A stretch of 64,000 nt of DNA from Ramazzottius varieornatus (taxonomy: Eukaryota > Animalia > Tardigrada): the NCBI GenBank assembly GCA_001949185.1, contig BDGG01000009.1:423624-487623 (forward strand). The letters are read 5' to 3'. Both the position numbers and the translations under genes were made by a program. Shown piece by piece: positions 62,309 to 64,000 of the stretch (positions are counted from its first letter, which is position 1; each line of letters starts with the position of its first letter). The notes beneath the pieces are model-generated. The model was not told the origin of the DNA. It saw nothing but the letters and a program-made list of their open reading frames with translations, and did not search any database.

Positions 62309-62738
62309 GCCTTGGCGCCTCTCATTTGTTTCCGAAATGTTTTCCGGGAATCCAGCCAGTCAGCTAGAAAGTTTGCATCGCAATATTTCGAGTAGTGGGT
62401 CTTGACCTTCATTGTTGTCTTTCATTTTCAATCTTACATCTCACACCAGTAACATGCCAATTCTGATCGAAGAACCTGTAAAACTACTTCCACTCTTTCA
62501 CTTTTGACCTTCGAATAAGCCGTCTCTCAAACCGGAAGTTAGTATGACATGACTATTCCGATAAAGTTTCTCCCTAATCAAGGATCAACCATTAACGGTG
62601 TCTCATGACATACAGTAGGTGAGGCTTGTAAGATAAGCAAGTCGCTAATTTAGAGATTGCGAAGTGATCCTGACTTGCACCATTCATACGTACAGGAACA
62701 TCGTGACATCATAAGAACAAGTTCGTCGCGTACTGTAT

Positions 62739-62866
62739 TTCCCTCGAAAGTTCTGCGCAGTCTCATGACCGGTCGATAAATTACGCCCCGGGTGGTCATA
62801 ACTTAAGTTTTAGCCGGGGATTATCTCATGGGCCTGTCATGTGACTGTGCAGAACTTTGGAGGGAA
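62739..62866. mobile_element. Small MITE (TTCCCTC.AAAGTTCTG...CAGAACTTT.GAGGGAA) next to a truncated copy of the 1567-1743 MITE
   Basis: ~35-bp imperfect inverted arms. Confidence 0.65.
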
Positions 62867-63374
62867 TAGGGCAGCCGCTGTGTCAAATGTCAAAACCGTC
62901 ATACGTCATTCACGTAGTGACGTCACCATGTTCCTATTCGTGTTGGATTGTGCCAAGTCCCAGCACACTTCCGTTCGCAATCTCTATAGTAAAGGGAGTG
63001 ATAAGATCGGAACTCGGAAGTGCGAGCGAAGTCGCCTTCTGCCTTCGTCGCAGTTAGAAAGTAGTCTTCGTCTTGGACTCTTGGAGGAATCGACCTTTGC
63101 CCTTGTACAGGTCTTACGTAAGCCGAAGGAGCCTGTTATCGTCATTCTAAGGGAGAACGGTATAAGCACGTGTCGTATACTCTATGTTGCCGATTGCTGA
63201 TACACTTCCATTTTACAGCCTGTGGCATTAATTTGAGCCATTTCCGGTTGATCGACAGCTAGTCAGCTTGCAGTGCAAGGAGGCTTATCACAAGACAGCA
63301 GACTTGACGTAGCCAACCGTAGATAGACGCAAGTCACGTAGCAGTACTACACGGACGAACCTTCTCACAACGTC

Positions 63375-63839
63375 ATGGCTTCCTCTTCTTCCATGTCCGA
63401 GCCTCGGCACCTGAGCAAGTATTCCTGGGACGACGTCAGCTCCCACAACACCAAAGACAGTACGTGGATGGTCATAAACGGTAAAGTTTACGATGTGACG
63501 AAGTTTCTGGAGGAACATCCGGGTGGGGAGGAGGTGCTGCTGGAGAATGCGGGCAGGGACGGCACCGAACCCTTTGAAGATGTCGGCCACTCTACCGACG
63601 CCCGCGAAATGATGAAGGAATACCTGATTGGGGAGATACACGAAGAGAAGCCCAAAGTTGTGATTGAGACCAAGAAGATTGTCGAGAAGGTGGAGACAGG
63701 AGGTGCCGTCGGAGGAGCAAGTAATCAGTGGCTGACATGGCTCATACCCGCTGCTTTCGCCCTGGCCGCTGCGTTGGCTTACCGAATATTTGTCGTTAAT
63801 GCAAAGATTGCTTTCGATGCCACTACCGCACAGCTCTAG
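63375..63839 (+). CDS. Cyt-b5: Canonical membrane-anchored cytochrome b5
   Basis: [37 protein letters not shown]; C-terminal [20 protein letters not shown]. Confidence 0.95.
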   Translation: MASSSSMSEPRHLSKYSWDDVSSHNTKDSTWMVINGKVYDVTKFLEEHPGGEEVLLENAGRDGTEPFEDVGHSTDAREMMKEYLIGEIHEEKPKVVIETKKIVEKVETGGAVGGASNQWLTWLIPAAFALAAALAYRIFVVNAKIAFDATTAQL

Positions 63840-63919
63840 GAGCGAAAAAGGAACGCGCTTTGCCGGAATGATTTCCATGTACAGTACAGCACCGCTTTTT
63901 ATTTTTACTATTCAATACC

Positions 63920-64000
63920 TTGGCAGACAAATGAACAAGATCGCTTGTTCAAGTGGCGCACGCTTCTGGTCGGTCGCATCGTGAACGTGTGCCACTTGGG
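63920..64000. repeat. Family A copy downstream of the cytochrome b5 stop codon, truncated by the window end
   Basis: CAAGTGGCGCAC-N25-GTGTGCCACTTGGG. Confidence 0.85.

Overview
Eukaryotic, gene-dense window with short GT-AG introns. It comes from a compact animal genome, which I infer is a tardigrade of the Ramazzottius type (not verified). Recognisable genes: GNL2/NOG2 (5' part), a complete non-muscle myosin II heavy chain, IQCK, TRAX, a PIERCE1/2-like gene, a Nudix-box-degenerate MTH1/NUDT1 paralogue, a bromodomain-less ATAD2-family ATPase, RTN4IP1 with a long N-terminal extension, mitochondrial OXSM/FabF and two cytochrome b5 genes. Also present: orphan genes, a three-member family of putative DNA-binding coiled-coil proteins, and an intron-containing gene with two bacterial/fungal-type CBM5/12 chitin-binding modules that the ORF track missed. 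Mobile DNA: an internally deleted Tc4/Tc5-type transposon (161-bp TIRs, TGA TSD in CTNAG), two hAT-type MITEs with perfect 8-bp TSDs and several TA-flanked MITEs. The dominant unexplained signal is a palindromic element ('family A', core CAAGTGGCGCAC-N25-GTGCGCCACTTG) at about 38 loci. About 32 are in introns, most of the rest lie just downstream of stop codons, and none is in a coding exon. It occurs as monomers, dimers and trimers with near-fixed 25-nt and ~33-nt spacings despite heavy sequence divergence. Most long introns here equal a minimal-length intron plus one fold-back element. Exon boundaries were read by eye; repeat boundaries are approximate unless a TSD is given.
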